Shown one piece after another: positions 50,283-63,095 of a DNA stretch of 64,000 nt; positions within the stretch are counted from its first letter, which is position 1, and every line of letters starts with the position of its first letter. This DNA comes from Spizellomyces punctatus DAOM BR117 (taxonomy: Eukaryota). Below the pieces are notes generated by a model. It was not told the origin of the DNA. It did not search any database and saw only the letters and a list, made by a program, of their open reading frames with translations. The stretch is taken from the NCBI GenBank assembly GCA_000182565.2, contig KQ257451.1; one strand, written 5' to 3'. The translations under genes and the position numbers were made by a program.

Positions 50283-53200
50283 TCATCGCCAGATACTAGC
50301 ACCACCAGGTACATCCGCCGTCCACCCATTCAAACCCATCGTAGCTTTCAATCCCGAGACTGGCGCAGATGTCCCTCCCACGCTAGAAGGCACTGATACA
50401 GGCGCAGAGGGTATCACGGTAGGTGTCCCACCAACACTATCAAATCCATGTCGGCTTTGTTGGGTATCTGATCCGCTTTCCCATAAATCGCGAGCAGCAT
50501 TCAAGGCACCCACCGAACTCCGTCGGCGAGCGCCAGTGGCAATGAAAGTGTCGATAAGTCCCTTGAGGTGCATGTCGGGAGTGTGGAGACAACGGTGCCA
50601 TGCTTCCACCGGGTAGTACATCATGGTGATAGGGGATCGCCAAGTATTTTCGGCGATTAAACGAGCCCGCAACTGAGCATGATCATAATAATAGCCTGCA
50701 TATACAGAAAAGAATAGCGCATGATGAGATATACAAAAAACAATAGAAACAATATATGCCCTTGATTGCATACATACCATCAGGGCCCTGTACAGGGACA
50801 TTCATGATCCGCCGAGTTAACGCGCACACAAACTCTGGAGGCACTCTTCCCCCAACCGTCGATGTATTGTATCCAGCCCCACGGGTTCCAGAAGACATGA
50901 CAGACGACCCACCACCCACTCCTCCCCCAAACTTGATTGGATTCACACCATGTGGTTGCTGATGTCGCTGCGGAGGAAAAGACGAAATTTGCTGGCGGTA
51001 CACATTTGCGCCATGCAGACCATATCCGTTTGATAAAGGCGCCTCACGCTCATACGTAGCCCGACGACTGTCCGTTCTTCCAGGGTATGTTCCATATGTA
51101 GGCCCACTGGGCATCACAAAAGATTCATAGTTTGCTCCAAAGGCAGCATCAAAAGAAGCTCGAGATTGAGGCCACATCCGACTTGAGTTGTTTGCAGGGT
51201 GCGTGGTTGACTGATTTGGATCACCCCATGCAAGGCCCACCGTTCCTGGTCCGGATGCGTGGTCAGGAAAAGACACTGGTAAGGACGCCGGACGACTTCC
51301 GAGCTGATCATGGGTATACGAATGAACATCATTGACTTGAGGTACCAGAGAATTATCTATAGAGGACTCTTTAACGGCTTGCGCGTACGGGCCAGGAGGA
51401 TGACCACCATTCAGCATTTGTGGCAACCCTTGTTGCGGGAATGGAACATGAGATGCCGGCAACTTTTGAGGAACACCCTGTTGTCGTTCGGGCTGCCCCA
51501 AAGTCTCCTGCACGTCAGTCTCGTGGCTTGATTTCTGCTCATCTCTCGCATTTTCATTGCAAGATGTGTCGAGAGACTCAAATCCAATCCCTGTTTCAAC
51601 TGTTTGAGCCGCAGAGGCCGTCGAATCGGCGTTGGCGTCCAAAACATTCGTCAAAGGTTTGGATTTGAGATCCTCAACCGGAGCACCTTCGTTGACCGGG
51701 ACGACAGGTATCTTCTTATTGCGAGTTTTGAGTCCTTCAATAGACGCCATGGCTTTTCTTAGATGCCCAATTTTGTGCATTTCAAAGGTATTCACTAAAT
51801 CATCCTCAGCTAATGCAGGTAAATCTTCAAAAGCGACTTCTTCTCGAAAGAATCCCTCGGCATAAACACTCAGTCCAAGATTTTCCAACCATTCCGCCAC
51901 GGTAGTAGCAGTGGTATCAGGCAACTGCACTTCCTCTCGCTTCTTGGCATCGTCAATAAAGTGCATAATTCGCTTCCTGGGCCCGACTTTGGTAATTCCT
52001 AATTGAACCAGGTCGGATTCACGAAGGAGGGGCAAAAGAGACCACGATGCGTCATGTGCAAGGAAAGCAGGCAAATACTGTTCAAGGTTTAGTGAGGCCA
52101 GAAACCCAAAGAGCTTGGGATCATCCCCAATGTCTACCATCGGTGAAACCTCGCTGGTCTTTTCCATTGGTATTTCCGCTGGTTCACTGGTCCCTGTAGA
52201 TTTGTTATGATGGCTTTCTAGTTCGATATCGTTAAACTGCACCTGCGGTACTGACGGCCGATGCAAGCATTTTGTCGTCGTAGATGTGTCGTCCGCGTTG
52301 GTTTCCACTGCATTTTCCAAAAGACTTACAGGCCCGCTGCCCTTCTTCGCGTCTTCATAATACTCGGCAGACTCGGCTGCCACTGCAACGCCATTGACTA
52401 GCGACCTCGGTCGAACACGGGCACGACTGCCACGTCTTGATTGCCGCGGACTGACAACGGACGCCTGTGCCTGACCTTGCGTCTCGGAATTTTTTCGTCG
52501 TCGGACACCGCCTCGCGTTCCGCGTCGTCTGAGGCGGGGTGTCGTAGAATTCTCAGGATTTTCTCGATCGTTGTTGGAAGGATCACTCGCATCATTCCAT
52601 CCTCCATTATCTTCTTCCGTCTGCGGACGAACGCCAACCTCTCGTGGGGTATAGGGTGGTGGTGGCTCATCAATATGCTCGTGATGGCCAACATCGACTC
52701 TAAAAGTCTTGATATTCGCCTCTGATATCGGTTTATCATACTCGTGCGTGTTTTGTTGTGCAGCAGCCGCAGTCCCCGTATCGTCTTGTGTTTCGGTGCG
52801 GGCTTGCAGTGCACCATGTCCTCGTAATGGTTCCCCTACACAATCGGATTCTGCTCTTGCTTTCATTGACCTCTCTCTTTCCTTCAAGAACGATTCAATT
52901 TGTTGTCGCTTTTTGTCCATGCTACGGTTCGCATCATCGATTTCCCGAGCTAGAACGCCTAGAGCAGTATGAATTCCTTTGAATCCAGCTTGTCCTCCCA
53001 GATACTCTTTATGAGTGAGGGCAGCCCGAGCAATGGCTAAAATGCGCTGGTAAATGTCCAAGCAGCTTACAGACAATGATATATCAGAAGGATTGTTCTT
53101 CTGTGGAACAATTGATGTGACGCGTAGAGGCGGTCGGTTACGTATCAATGCTTGAACGGTTTGTACAATTTGGTTTCTAATGGTTGCGGGTAGGGTATAC

Positions 53201-55365
53201 GGCGTATCTGGGGGGTACATGTCTGGCAAGGACACCAGGAACTCTTCAAAATCTGAAAGGGTAGCTCGGTGTCCTTCCTTTGTTGGGGAAGGTGGTCGCA
53301 CGGAGCTGTCGGCGGAAACGCCAGCGCCGCTACTGCTAGTACCTTTTCCATCATCTTCCGCTTCATCAGTATCAGGATCTTCTGCACCTTCGTCCTCTGC
53401 GTCTTGTTCGACCATCTGTTGTCCATCACTGTCTTTATCAACACGTCCATCACCGCCCTCCTTCAAAACCGCTTTCACATATTCATGCAACTTGCTACGC
53501 CACAAATGTTGCTCTTCATTTTTAGCCACTCGAGCTTCCAATCCCATGACGATTTCCTCCGTTTCTTCAACGACTTCATCCATTTTACTACGTCGAGCTT
53601 GGTCTAAGAGTGTTCGCAACTTGGAGAGTTTTTCAGTTGTGGGGACATTGCCGGTTTGGTTGAGAACCACAGAGATTTGCCAGCGCAAACGTTTAGCCAA
53701 CTTGCTGCGGCGCTCTTCCTTATTCCGCTCCAATTCTTCCCGTCGCTGTTGCCGTACTGCTTGGATATCCTCAATATAATAATCTAAAAATGTTGACCAT
53801 TCTCCCAATCCGAGGTTGTTCTCAGCCTATTTGTAGAAGAGGTGCAACATGTTGGCCAAGGCAGGAGATAGGGAGTCGAAATCAAATGATATACAGACCC
53901 GCACGCGAAAAGAGTAGTGACCAGGAGGAAGCACGTCCGTCCACCACTCTGTACTCCAGCCCATATATATCCGAATCCACTCACTTGCGTCATCCATGAT
54001 CCATTAGTCATTGTCTTCGTGTGACACACAATACATAGGGGTTTGCAAGTCCATACCTTGCCTCCGGCCCAGTACTCCGCTGTTTGACCTGTACTTCGTA
54101 ACGCGAGATTTGCAATTCCTCCGCGGACGCACAGTTCCAAGTCAACATGACGCGTGTATGGCCTCGTTTGGGATCGGTGACGATACTGTCGATAATACGT
54201 GGCCTAGTACATTGATGGGGAAATCCACCAGTCAATCGCCGATGATCGTTTGGAAGCACCGTTCGCGTCGGTTGCACTTTAGGACCAGACATGGTTAGGT
54301 CGGGTCAACTACTACGTTGCATCGTTTACAAAATGTAAAAGTACCTCCGTCTTTGTCCCGTTTTATCACTGGCCGGTGCCCTTCCTGATCCGCATCCTTC
54401 GATACCTTTGGCAAAGTTGCTAGAAACGCATTGTGATCCATCATTTGAATATACCGACGTCGAAGGTCCGTATCTGACAGCACCTGATGCGCCGTTTGAA
54501 GCTCTCGGAATCGTTCTGTTCGATAGAAGAGCATCGATGAGTGGCCATGCCAGATAAACGTGGAAAATGACATCCAAACATACGGTAATCTTCTTCTGTT
54601 GGTGGGCGCTGTAATTTATCTGGATGCATCCGCACCGCAAGCACCTTATACCGTCTCCGTACCGAATCCATTAATCCCTGGTGTCCCTTTTCCGCCTGTT
54701 GATCTAATTCTTTGGCCCGCTGTTCCAAGGCGGCAACTTTTTCGCGTGCTTCTGCAACTTCACGAAACGCCAGTCCGCAGAGGAGCTGGAATGTTGTTTC
54801 GTTTCGTATCGGCCCGGTATGAAAGTGTCGTCCAGTGTCCGAGACTAAAGTCCCCTCTTCTTTAATGACATCTACAACGCGGCATATATCCTTGGGTAGA
54901 AAATGCTCGTCAGTTCCGAGATTCGTATAGTGCCAGATTGCCGATCCACAGGCTCACCTTTGGTCCGGCAACGGATGCCAAGGACGCTTGGGCTTCCATA
55001 AATGTCAACACATTCGTGCTTGTGACGGTCAGCCCCCCTGCTATCGGAAAGCCCCTCTTCCGTGCGGCTCGTTCTGCGTTCTTCTTCTCCTTCTTCAGCG
55101 CTTGCCTGGTCTTTTCATCCAACCTTTTCTCGTCCCGTTTCCTCTCTTGTGCAAACTCTTTCCGGCCCTGCTCGACTTTAGCCAGTGCTTCCTCGGCCTC
55201 CGTAAGAGCCTCTCTGCATTTGACGATTTCCTCTGCAAGTGCAATCTGCTCGGTGAAAATCATCACGAGGGCACGGGCGTGTTCGTCATGCTCCAAGTTC
55301 AAAACTTGGAAGAAATGCGGAAGGGGCCCGCTGAATCGAGGCGAGGATGGTGGTGCGGTTGTCAT
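50283..55365 (-). CDS. Multidomain protein: J-domain, coiled coil, two SAM domains, U-box-like C-terminus
   Basis: VRRRYKVLAVRMHPDK..ERFRELQTAHQVLSD..RRRY; FLASLNLEQYLPAF..LVQLGITKVGPRKRI and VAEWLENLGLSVYAEGF..KIGHLRK; VPPEFVCALTRRIMNVPVQGPD/GYYYDH..SPIT. Confidence 0.8.
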
Positions 55366-56778
55366 CTTCTTCTTTGGCTGTCTTCTAATTGGGTATACTT
55401 GTTTTCTGGGCTATGCAGCAATGGACACGTCAGTCTTGCGCAGCAAGACAATGAAGCACAAGCGGAGTACATACCTAATAGAATAGAGCAAAAATAACGT
55501 CCCAACCCACTCCACGTCGTAGCGGTCGTGCCCTTCGGACCACCTTCACGTCACTTATTTCCCCGTCCAACTCCACAACCCAACGAATGCCGTCTCAGAT
55601 ATCCAACGTGTCTAATGGTAGGGGATACAAAAGGAAGGGGAAGCCAAATATCGCGAGATCTCGCTCCACCAAAGGCTTTGCCAGATCTAGATCAATATAT
55701 AGATATTATCGTGGCACGTCAAAGGCCAAGCAAGGACGACGTAGGTTTCGTTGCTTTGGCAGTGCGAGCTCTTTTGCCCACCTAGGTGAAGATGCCGCTC
55801 AGGAAACGCGGCTGGATACAATCTGGATCAAACACTGGTATGCCCCGGGGTATAATGCAGCGCCCAGCAAGACTCGTCTTGGCCTAATTCCAACGACCTA
55901 GCCCTGTTCTGCGCGACAGAAAGGTCGGTCAACCAGATAAAGTCCAAAAGCGCGACTTGGCCAGGTTGTTCACAGTCCGCTACGAGAAGGCAGGGTGCTC
56001 ACGGGTGACTGCCAAAGGGATTGCACGCGTAAAAGGACCTGTTGCAAAGTAGGAAGATTCCGACAGTTGGAAAGTGATAAGTGCCCGGCCTTGCTGCGAT
56101 GCGGGGGGAGCTGGATCCTAGTCACATGACTTGAGCATTTGGTGCTTATTGTGCTTTCAGCATGGCGCTCAGTATTTGACAAACACAGCAAGCAGACATG
56201 ACAACAAAATATCAGCAAAGCAAACCCAAAACTTTGTACGTTGGGCGAGCTGTTTGGAAGCATATTTGCAATCAATAGTAGTATTAGGATACCGTACTCT
56301 AAGTATATTGATGTCGTTTGTTTACAAGTCAAAGATTTCTCTACAACCATCAGCAATTTGACGACGTAAACCACTGCATAAGATGTCCAATAATCCGGGG
56401 CAATCGGAGAGCTAAAACACAGCTAAACGTTGATATCATGATGAGTACCAAATACATTAGTCAACAAGTCTTTAGAGACGTTAGCATCAACATCACAGGG
56501 ACATCCAATTGAGGAGTTGGCTCGGTTATTGTCTGCTTTTATTATTTGTGAGGCAGCGACGGACCAACAAATCGACTACATCATCTCTGGCGCCCAGTTT
56601 TGCTGCCATGGAAGAACTGAACGACAGGTCGATGTCAATGATTGATGATAATCACTCCAGCCAAATGGTCGTCTACAAACTACACAAAGGCGGCTTTTAT
56701 TGTTATATTTTTGTAAAAGACAAACTCGCAATCATCACTCCTTCAACCACCTCATCCGTCTTTAGTAAATCCCGCAGC

Positions 56779-59700
56779 TCAACTGCTTCGGCCACCTCCA
56801 CTCAAACTCTGGGCTGATCTAGACAGTGCGGCACCTTTTGTAGGCAATGCATCAACATCCTTCCTAAATCTAATCCAATTATCCATGAATCTCTGATCGG
56901 GTCCCTCCCGTCTAAAATCTTCCCGCCTCACTTCTTCTAAAGCACCCATGAGCACCACGGCAGACCGAACGGTCCGCCATCTCTGTCCAGCGCGATGCAT
57001 TCGTCGGTAGGGTTGTCGCGCCGAGGCATCGTGGAGAGATGTTTGCGATTGGTGCACAGGAGATGCGACTCCGCTCGTTAGACTACTTCCACGGGATGTC
57101 CTTGTGGTCGTGAGACGATTGCTAGGTGGTTCTTCTAGGTCAGGGTTCGACACGATGCTAGACCGATCAACCTGAATTGCAGTATGCGGTCCAATAGCTT
57201 TCTGAGCAGGGGGGCCCCAATGGCACTTTGGTGATAGGATATGATTATGCGTCCAATTTCGGTGCAAGTTCAGTGCGCATCGTATGACGAACACAAAGGG
57301 AAAGTTCAATAACGCCAGAACGATGCAAACGATCCATTCTTTCCAGTCCAGTGGGCAAGTGTTGACAAAATCGCCTCCGAAAATGATGACAAGCACTTGG
57401 ACCCCCACAATGACTGTGATGATTAGGATAAACAGCCGGTTTCGGAAGAAATGCTTAAAGTAGTTGATTTCGCCGTTCAATTGCCGAGCCATCACAATGT
57501 TGGATATCTGCATGAGAATAAAGGTCAAAAATACCATCGTCACTGCACGACGGGAAGGGTTGCCCTCTGTATCTGCCGTGGAGTGGAATGAAGGGTCCAT
57601 CGGTACCCAATCGTCTGCACCACCCAAGAAAAGACAGAGGAGAACAGTGATTTGGTATACCACTTGCATTCCAATGTATTCTCTCATGGGTCTCGACAGC
57701 AGGGATTCAGTTCGGGCGTGGGGTGGATGGTCCAGGATATCGTCTTCAGGTTCATCTGATGCCAAAGCCAGCGCTCCAAGTGAATCCATAATTAAATTGA
57801 CCCAGAGAAGTTGAACGGTACTCAGAGGAGAGGTCCCCACAGTTAAGGACCCCACAAATGTGAGAATAATGGCCACCAAGTTAACTCCCAACTGGAATTG
57901 AAGGAACTTTCGGACACAGTTGAGTACGTTTCTGCCCCATCGAATCGACTGAACCAAGGACACAAAGTTATCATCCAACAAAACAATATCGGATGCATTC
58001 ATGGCAATTTGTGTGCCGCTGATTCCCATTGCAAATCCCACATCTGCTTCCTTGAGAGCTGGCGCATCGTTGGTACCATCTCCGGTGACCGCCACGACTT
58101 CCCCGAGGCGCTTGAGGAGATTAACAAGAGTATGTTTGTCCGCTGGAGACGAGCGAGCCAAGACTTGGAGTCGGGGTATGACAGCAATTTTTTCCTCTTC
58201 AGTCATTGCTCGGAAGACAGGACCTTCCAAAGCGATACCGTCCCCAAACATGATGTTGCATTCTCTGGCAATCTTGCAGGCCGTGAGGATATTATCACCA
58301 GTTACCATGCGGATAGTGAGACCAGCTCTTTGGCAGGTTGCCACGGCACCTGGGACTTCTTTACGAAGTGGATCCTTAATGCCGACGAGACCGACAAAGA
58401 TGAGGTCATGTTCTGGATCGTCCTTTTTGCCTTGCCCCTCAAAGGTTGTCAAAGATTGATCTGTGTCTCGGTAGGCAAGGGCGAGGGTACGAAGCCCTTG
58501 TGAGGCCCATCGCTTGATAGTCCTTTGAATTCGTGAAATATCTGTAGCGGAGATTGGCGCTACAGTCGTTCCTTTGGCGTCAAGGATGTGCGTGCAAAGC
58601 GATAACACAATTTCAGAAGCACCCTTGGTATACAATCTAAACTTTGTTTTCCTAGCCGCAACGAGTCCGCCTGGGGTGGCGACAGGCACGGCCTCGGCAA
58701 TCGGATGCACTAACGTTGACATACGTTTGCGATCCGATGAGAATGACCACGTCCCATTCTCAACTTTTGTCACTTCTTTCCGAACCGCGTCGTACTGTAC
58801 ACCCAACTTGTCGGCAAAGACCAGCAGAGCGCCTTCTGTAGCTGATCCGACAAAAATGGGTTGGTTCGAGCGTTCGTTGTACTTTACAAAACAATTTGAA
58901 TTGATGCAAATGCCTTCGGCAAGAAGATTCCTGAGTTTTGGGTCAAATGTCGTTGCCGAAAACGGTTGGAATTGTTCTTCGCCTGATCCTTCGCCGTAAT
59001 GCACTTGATCGCCCACCAGAGCCTTGACGACGGTCATTCGGTTTTCTGTTAATGTTCCGGTCTTATCGGTACAGATACAGGTCGCTTCGCCCATTGTCTC
59101 AGAGGCATCCAGGTGTCGAACGAAACAGTTGTCTTTGATCATTTTAAACATGGAAAAGGCCAACGAGATTGTCACTGCAAGTGGAAGACCCTCTGGAACA
59201 GCAACGACAACCACCGTAATTCCAATCACAAAATCTTCAGCAATGGCTTGAATTCTTGCTAATGTTTCAGAGTCGCCGGTACTCAAGCAGGCATGCCTAC
59301 CAGCGGGAGGCTGGTGCTGAGCCCACGCAATAGCCCACCGAATCAGTAAACCGAGAAAAGTGAGAATACCGGACGCAACGCCAATTTTGCCAATAAGGAC
59401 TGCGACTTGCTTCAACTTTACTTGAAGCACCGTTTCCTCGCTCTGTGCCTCGTTCAACAGTTCCTGAATCTGCCCACCGCTCGATCGAGGTCCGACGCCC
59501 GTGACAAGCATTACTCCAGATCCTTCACTGACTTGACAGCCAGAAAACATGTACGGTGCCGCCGGGGATTTTTTAACCGGAACGGATTCACCTGTCAAGG
59601 GACTTTCATCGACTACCAGGCGATTCCCTCGAACGTATAAGCCATCAGCGGGAATCTCATCGCCAACCACCACCTCTACCAAGTCACCGACAAGCACATC

Positions 59701-60672
59701 CCACGATGAAATCTGATCTTTCATTCCGCCGCGAATCACCTTGGTCCGCTTGTCAGATTGGAGGAGAAGCAGTTTCTTGAATTTTCTGTCTTTGGACCAA
59801 TCATTTCCGGCCGTGACTGAGAGGACAATAACAACGGCCACTAGAATGGCTAATCCCTCGATCCATCCATCCTTTGGACAGATAGCGGTTCCCAGGGATA
59901 AAACCACGATGGCACCAACGATGAGGACCTTGATGATTGGGTCGTCCTTGATAGTTTCCCAAACGATTTCCAGAATGGTGTCCGATCGGGGTGGAGGAAT
60001 AAGGTTTTGTCCAAAAATCTCTGTACGGATTTCTTTTTCGGCTGCTGTCATGTCTTTTTTAGGTACAGTTGGTTCTCCAGTAGTTTGAATGTCTGCGTCG
60101 GGAGCTACTTTACGATGAGCTTTACTGTGCCTCTTATTCTTTGCAACGTCTGCTTCAACTGCGCCAGTATCTCCAGCTAATGATAACCCATTTTCCAAAT
60201 CTGTTTTCAAAAGATGCCCAACTCCGTCCACGCCGCCGTATTCAGAGTTCAACATCAACAGTTGCGACGGGGAGTTTCTGTCATCAAAGTTACAAATGCG
60301 GCCTAGATCCTCTGGAGTGAGCCCAAACTGATTTGGTGCAAATGTTGGATATTTGGATTTAATATTGGAAAGCGTCTTGCGTTTCTCAGGATGCGCATCG
60401 CCGGGTGGACCTTCATCGTCAATGTCAGGACTTGGATGTGCACGCTCTGTCAACATTGCCTCGCCTGTCCCAGCTCCCACTGCTGCAACTTCACCACCAT
60501 CCGACGGTCGGACGATAGGTGGAAGGTGTCGTGGTTGAGCGACCAGTGGTTCCCTATCATGTGGGTCTGGGTAATGCGGGCTGGCAGGCGAATCGGGTGA
60601 TGCAAGGGATTCTTCGCTGCTGTCCACTGCATTGGGGAGGGCACTGCCAGGACGCTTAGGGCGGCTGGACAT
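56779..60672 (-). CDS. PMC1: P2B-type (PMCA/PMC1) Ca2+-transporting ATPase, intronless
   Basis: DESPLTGES, VAVPEGLPLAVT, DKTGTLT, KGASE, MVTGDN, GDGTNDAPAL, VQLLWVNLIMD. Confidence 0.95.
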   Translation of the reverse strand: MSSRPKRPGSALPNAVDSSEESLASPDSPASPHYPDPHDREPLVAQPRHLPPIVRPSDGGEVAAVGAGTGEAMLTERAHPSPDIDDEGPPGDAHPEKRKTLSNIKSKYPTFAPNQFGLTPEDLGRICNFDDRNSPSQLLMLNSEYGGVDGVGHLLKTDLENGLSLAGDTGAVEADVAKNKRHSKAHRKVAPDADIQTTGEPTVPKKDMTAAEKEIRTEIFGQNLIPPPRSDTILEIVWETIKDDPIIKVLIVGAIVVLSLGTAICPKDGWIEGLAILVAVVIVLSVTAGNDWSKDRKFKKLLLLQSDKRTKVIRGGMKDQISSWDVLVGDLVEVVVGDEIPADGLYVRGNRLVVDESPLTGESVPVKKSPAAPYMFSGCQVSEGSGVMLVTGVGPRSSGGQIQELLNEAQSEETVLQVKLKQVAVLIGKIGVASGILTFLGLLIRWAIAWAQHQPPAGRHACLSTGDSETLARIQAIAEDFVIGITVVVVAVPEGLPLAVTISLAFSMFKMIKDNCFVRHLDASETMGEATCICTDKTGTLTENRMTVVKALVGDQVHYGEGSGEEQFQPFSATTFDPKLRNLLAEGICINSNCFVKYNERSNQPIFVGSATEGALLVFADKLGVQYDAVRKEVTKVENGTWSFSSDRKRMSTLVHPIAEAVPVATPGGLVAARKTKFRLYTKGASEIVLSLCTHILDAKGTTVAPISATDISRIQRTIKRWASQGLRTLALAYRDTDQSLTTFEGQGKKDDPEHDLIFVGLVGIKDPLRKEVPGAVATCQRAGLTIRMVTGDNILTACKIARECNIMFGDGIALEGPVFRAMTEEEKIAVIPRLQVLARSSPADKHTLVNLLKRLGEVVAVTGDGTNDAPALKEADVGFAMGISGTQIAMNASDIVLLDDNFVSLVQSIRWGRNVLNCVRKFLQFQLGVNLVAIILTFVGSLTVGTSPLSTVQLLWVNLIMDSLGALALASDEPEDDILDHPPHARTESLLSRPMREYIGMQVVYQITVLLCLFLGGADDWVPMDPSFHSTADTEGNPSRRAVTMVFLTFILMQISNIVMARQLNGEINYFKHFFRNRLFILIITVIVGVQVLVIIFGGDFVNTCPLDWKEWIVCIVLALLNFPFVFVIRCALNLHRNWTHNHILSPKCHWGPPAQKAIGPHTAIQVDRSSIVSNPDLEEPPSNRLTTTRTSRGSSLTSGVASPVHQSQTSLHDASARQPYRRMHRAGQRWRTVRSAVVLMGALEEVRREDFRREGPDQRFMDNWIRFRKDVDALPTKGAALSRSAQSLSGGGRSS

Positions 60673-61089
60673 GGTACGTCTGGGCTTGAAAGGAAAACGT
60701 TAGATGAAAGGCGGAACTAGGAATGTTCTTTTGAAAACAAGGGAATACCACGAGATTTCACAAAGGGGCCGCTTTATTCAGCGGGTTTGGAAGTACAGAT
60801 GGTCCGCAGAAAAATGGATGGACAGATAACGTCTTATTTAGCGTCCCTTTTGGTGACCAAAGAGTGCACCTTGGATCCAGTCAGGCAAAATCCAAGACTT
60901 GAGATGGTCGTTTCTACGTTAAACTCTGACCAACGCGGACAAGAGCCATCTAGGTTTGGCCCATGGTCAATTCTATTTTGAAAATACTCCGATTGGGTTA
61001 CAAATCGTATTCTTGGTCACATTTGCATTGATTTTCGAATGGGGTAAACCTTAAAGATGATTAAGGCTTACATCTCCGCTCTGGCTGAG

Positions 61090-61103
61090 TGCTGACGTCA
61101 GCA
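61090..61103. promoter_or_regulatory. Perfect 14-bp palindrome with a CRE/ATF core upstream of the Ca2+-ATPase
   Basis: TGCTGACGTCAGCA about 420 bp upstream of ATG 60672. Confidence 0.4.
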
Positions 61104-61448
61104 TTGGAGACACGCGACTTACAAGAACAAGAGGCAATACAGAAGTTGGGCCATCGACCAAAAGAATCTATATACATAAACTTTGACAGGTCCGCATAAA
61201 AAACTTTACAGCATCGACATCTCTGGTGTCTACAGATGCAGAAAGAACGAGATTGGGTATCCTACATGCAGCCAACTCGCCACTTTGACTGCATTATAGG
61301 GTTCTCGTCGCATTCCAGCTCCATCACTCTAATGTACCCTAAAAGCGAAAATAAACTGTACACACTCAAATAGCATACTGCATACATTTGCGTTCAATCA
61401 AAATCCAAAAAAGAAAGCAACCATTCCCTTTTTATTTTCACTTTCCAT

Positions 61449-63095
61449 TTATTGAAGGGGAGGTTGTTGAGGATATCCAAGCCCAATTGTCCCCGCGGCA
61501 CCGGTTACTGGTGCTGGCAGCAAGATTGGCAACATCAATCCAGCATTGGCAGGTACAGAGCTTACTCCAACCGGCGAAGTGGGCGATATGGGCGTCGTGT
61601 GCGGGACCATTGGACTAGGTAGGTATTGGGTGAACGTAGGCCCTTGGTTTTGGGACTGGTGATTTACGGCGATTAACATGTTTCTATTCGCTCCTCCGCG
61701 TCCACGGCCTCGACCTGGTTTATTGCACCGCCCTGCCCGGATATGACGCATCATCGCGTCTTGGCGAGTGAAGGTTACACCACAGGGGCAGGAATAGGGC
61801 TTTGCGCCGTTGAGGTGCGTCGTTGCATGGCGGGTAAGGTCATGTTTCCGAAGGAAGCCCTTCAAGTTGGCATTAGGTATAGTCAACTGGCAAACGTCCA
61901 TTTGTACAAAATGACATACCTTGTGACACTTGTCGCAAATAAAGTTTCGTTCCCGACCATGTAACCTCGCATGCGAGCGTAGGGACGAAAGTTTCTTGAA
62001 TCCCTTTCCACATGCACACTTAAAGTACCCGCCGTCTTTCGTAGCTGCCTCTCCGAGATCCTGATCCGAGCGTAAAGTACTGTCCGACGATGATGTTGAG
62101 GTTCGTTGGGAGGATGACGGTGTAGATGGAGGCTCTGATGAGGAAGTTGTACCATCCGGTGCGGAAACAATAAGGTTGGGAACGACTTGCGATATTGCAC
62201 CAGATTCTCGTACTGGCTCAGAGACCAATGCTCCCAAGTGACCATACTGCCCATCGTTCGAGCCGTTGCCGTCCGTACGAGTGGGCAATGTGAAATCATC
62301 AAATAATCGCTCGAGTCCATCGTCATCACTCTCGAACGAGCTTTCCGACAATGTTATCGGTGATACGCCGATCGCGAGTTGAGAGTTCAGCGAGTGAGAA
62401 GGGTCCGTGCTTGGTCCTTTCAAGAGATTACCATCGTTTCCGAGAGTATCCAGCGATGCAAACAAATCAAGATTTTCTGTCGAAGCCGTCGTACCGATAC
62501 CTTCATACGAGGTTGCCCCAAGATATGGCGATACCGAACTTGCCACGCTCATCGGTGAAGCAAAGGCATTGAAAGGTTGTACTGGCGACATTGCCGGACT
62601 GTGTCCACCGTGCGCGTCATCTATCTTGATGCTGCCGAGACTACTAGAGTTGCGATTGTGCGTCTTTCTTGGAATGTTGTTGCTCATGGTCGGACTCGCC
62701 GCGCTCATTCTTCTTGGTTGTGGAGCGTTGAGCATGTCGTGCCGACTGGGACCGTCGCGCGCGAGGGCGATAGGTGCAATAACCTCGGGCGGACCTCCAG
62801 TGTTTGGTTGCTGATGCGTGGGAAAGGCCGATCCGGGCGCGTTTGGTGGGTAGGCGTACGGTGAGATGGCGTAAGGAGGATAGCCGGGATAGGGATTGAA
62901 CAGCAAGTGAGGAGGGACCTGTTGTGGTTGTTGTTGAGGGCGGTGATGGTGCTGCGGCGGTTGCTGCTGCTGCTGCTGCTGCTGCTGCGGTTGTGGATGT
63001 TGATGTGGATAGTGTAGTGGTGGCGGCAAAGAAGCATATACTGGCGGATTCTGCTTCCATGTTTGCGGGTTGAACGTGGACATGTCAACGTTCAT
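61449..63095 (-). CDS. C2H2 zinc finger transcription factor, Crz1-like (in-frame 60-nt intron 61860-61919), polyQ N-terminus
   Basis: FKCACGKGFKKLSSLRSHARLHGRERNFICDKCHK/GFLRKHDLTRHATTHLNGAKPYSCPCGVTFTRQDAMMRHIRAGRC; CAG tract near 62962-62988. Confidence 0.85.
   Translation of the reverse strand: MNVDMSTFNPQTWKQNPPVYASLPPPLHYPHQHPQPQQQQQQQQQPPQHHHRPQQQPQQVPPHLLFNPYPGYPPYAISPYAYPPNAPGSAFPTHQQPNTGGPPEVIAPIALARDGPSRHDMLNAPQPRRMSAASPTMSNNIPRKTHNRNSSSLGSIKIDDAHGGHSPAMSPVQPFNAFASPMSVASSVSPYLGATSYEGIGTTASTENLDLFASLDTLGNDGNLLKGPSTDPSHSLNSQLAIGVSPITLSESSFESDDDGLERLFDDFTLPTRTDGNGSNDGQYGHLGALVSEPVRESGAISQVVPNLIVSAPDGTTSSSEPPSTPSSSQRTSTSSSDSTLRSDQDLGEAATKDGGYFKCACGKGFKKLSSLRSHARLHGRERNFICDKCHKVCHFVQMDVCQLTIPNANLKGFLRKHDLTRHATTHLNGAKPYSCPCGVTFTRQDAMMRHIRAGRCNKPGRGRGRGGANRNMLIAVNHQSQNQGPTFTQYLPSPMVPHTTPISPTSPVGVSSVPANAGLMLPILLPAPVTGAAGTIGLGYPQQPPLQ

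Noticed and set aside
55528-56520. Possible small multi-exon gene divergent from the J-domain gene
   Set aside because: Some splice-like signals are present, but I could not assemble a consistent reading frame or motif.
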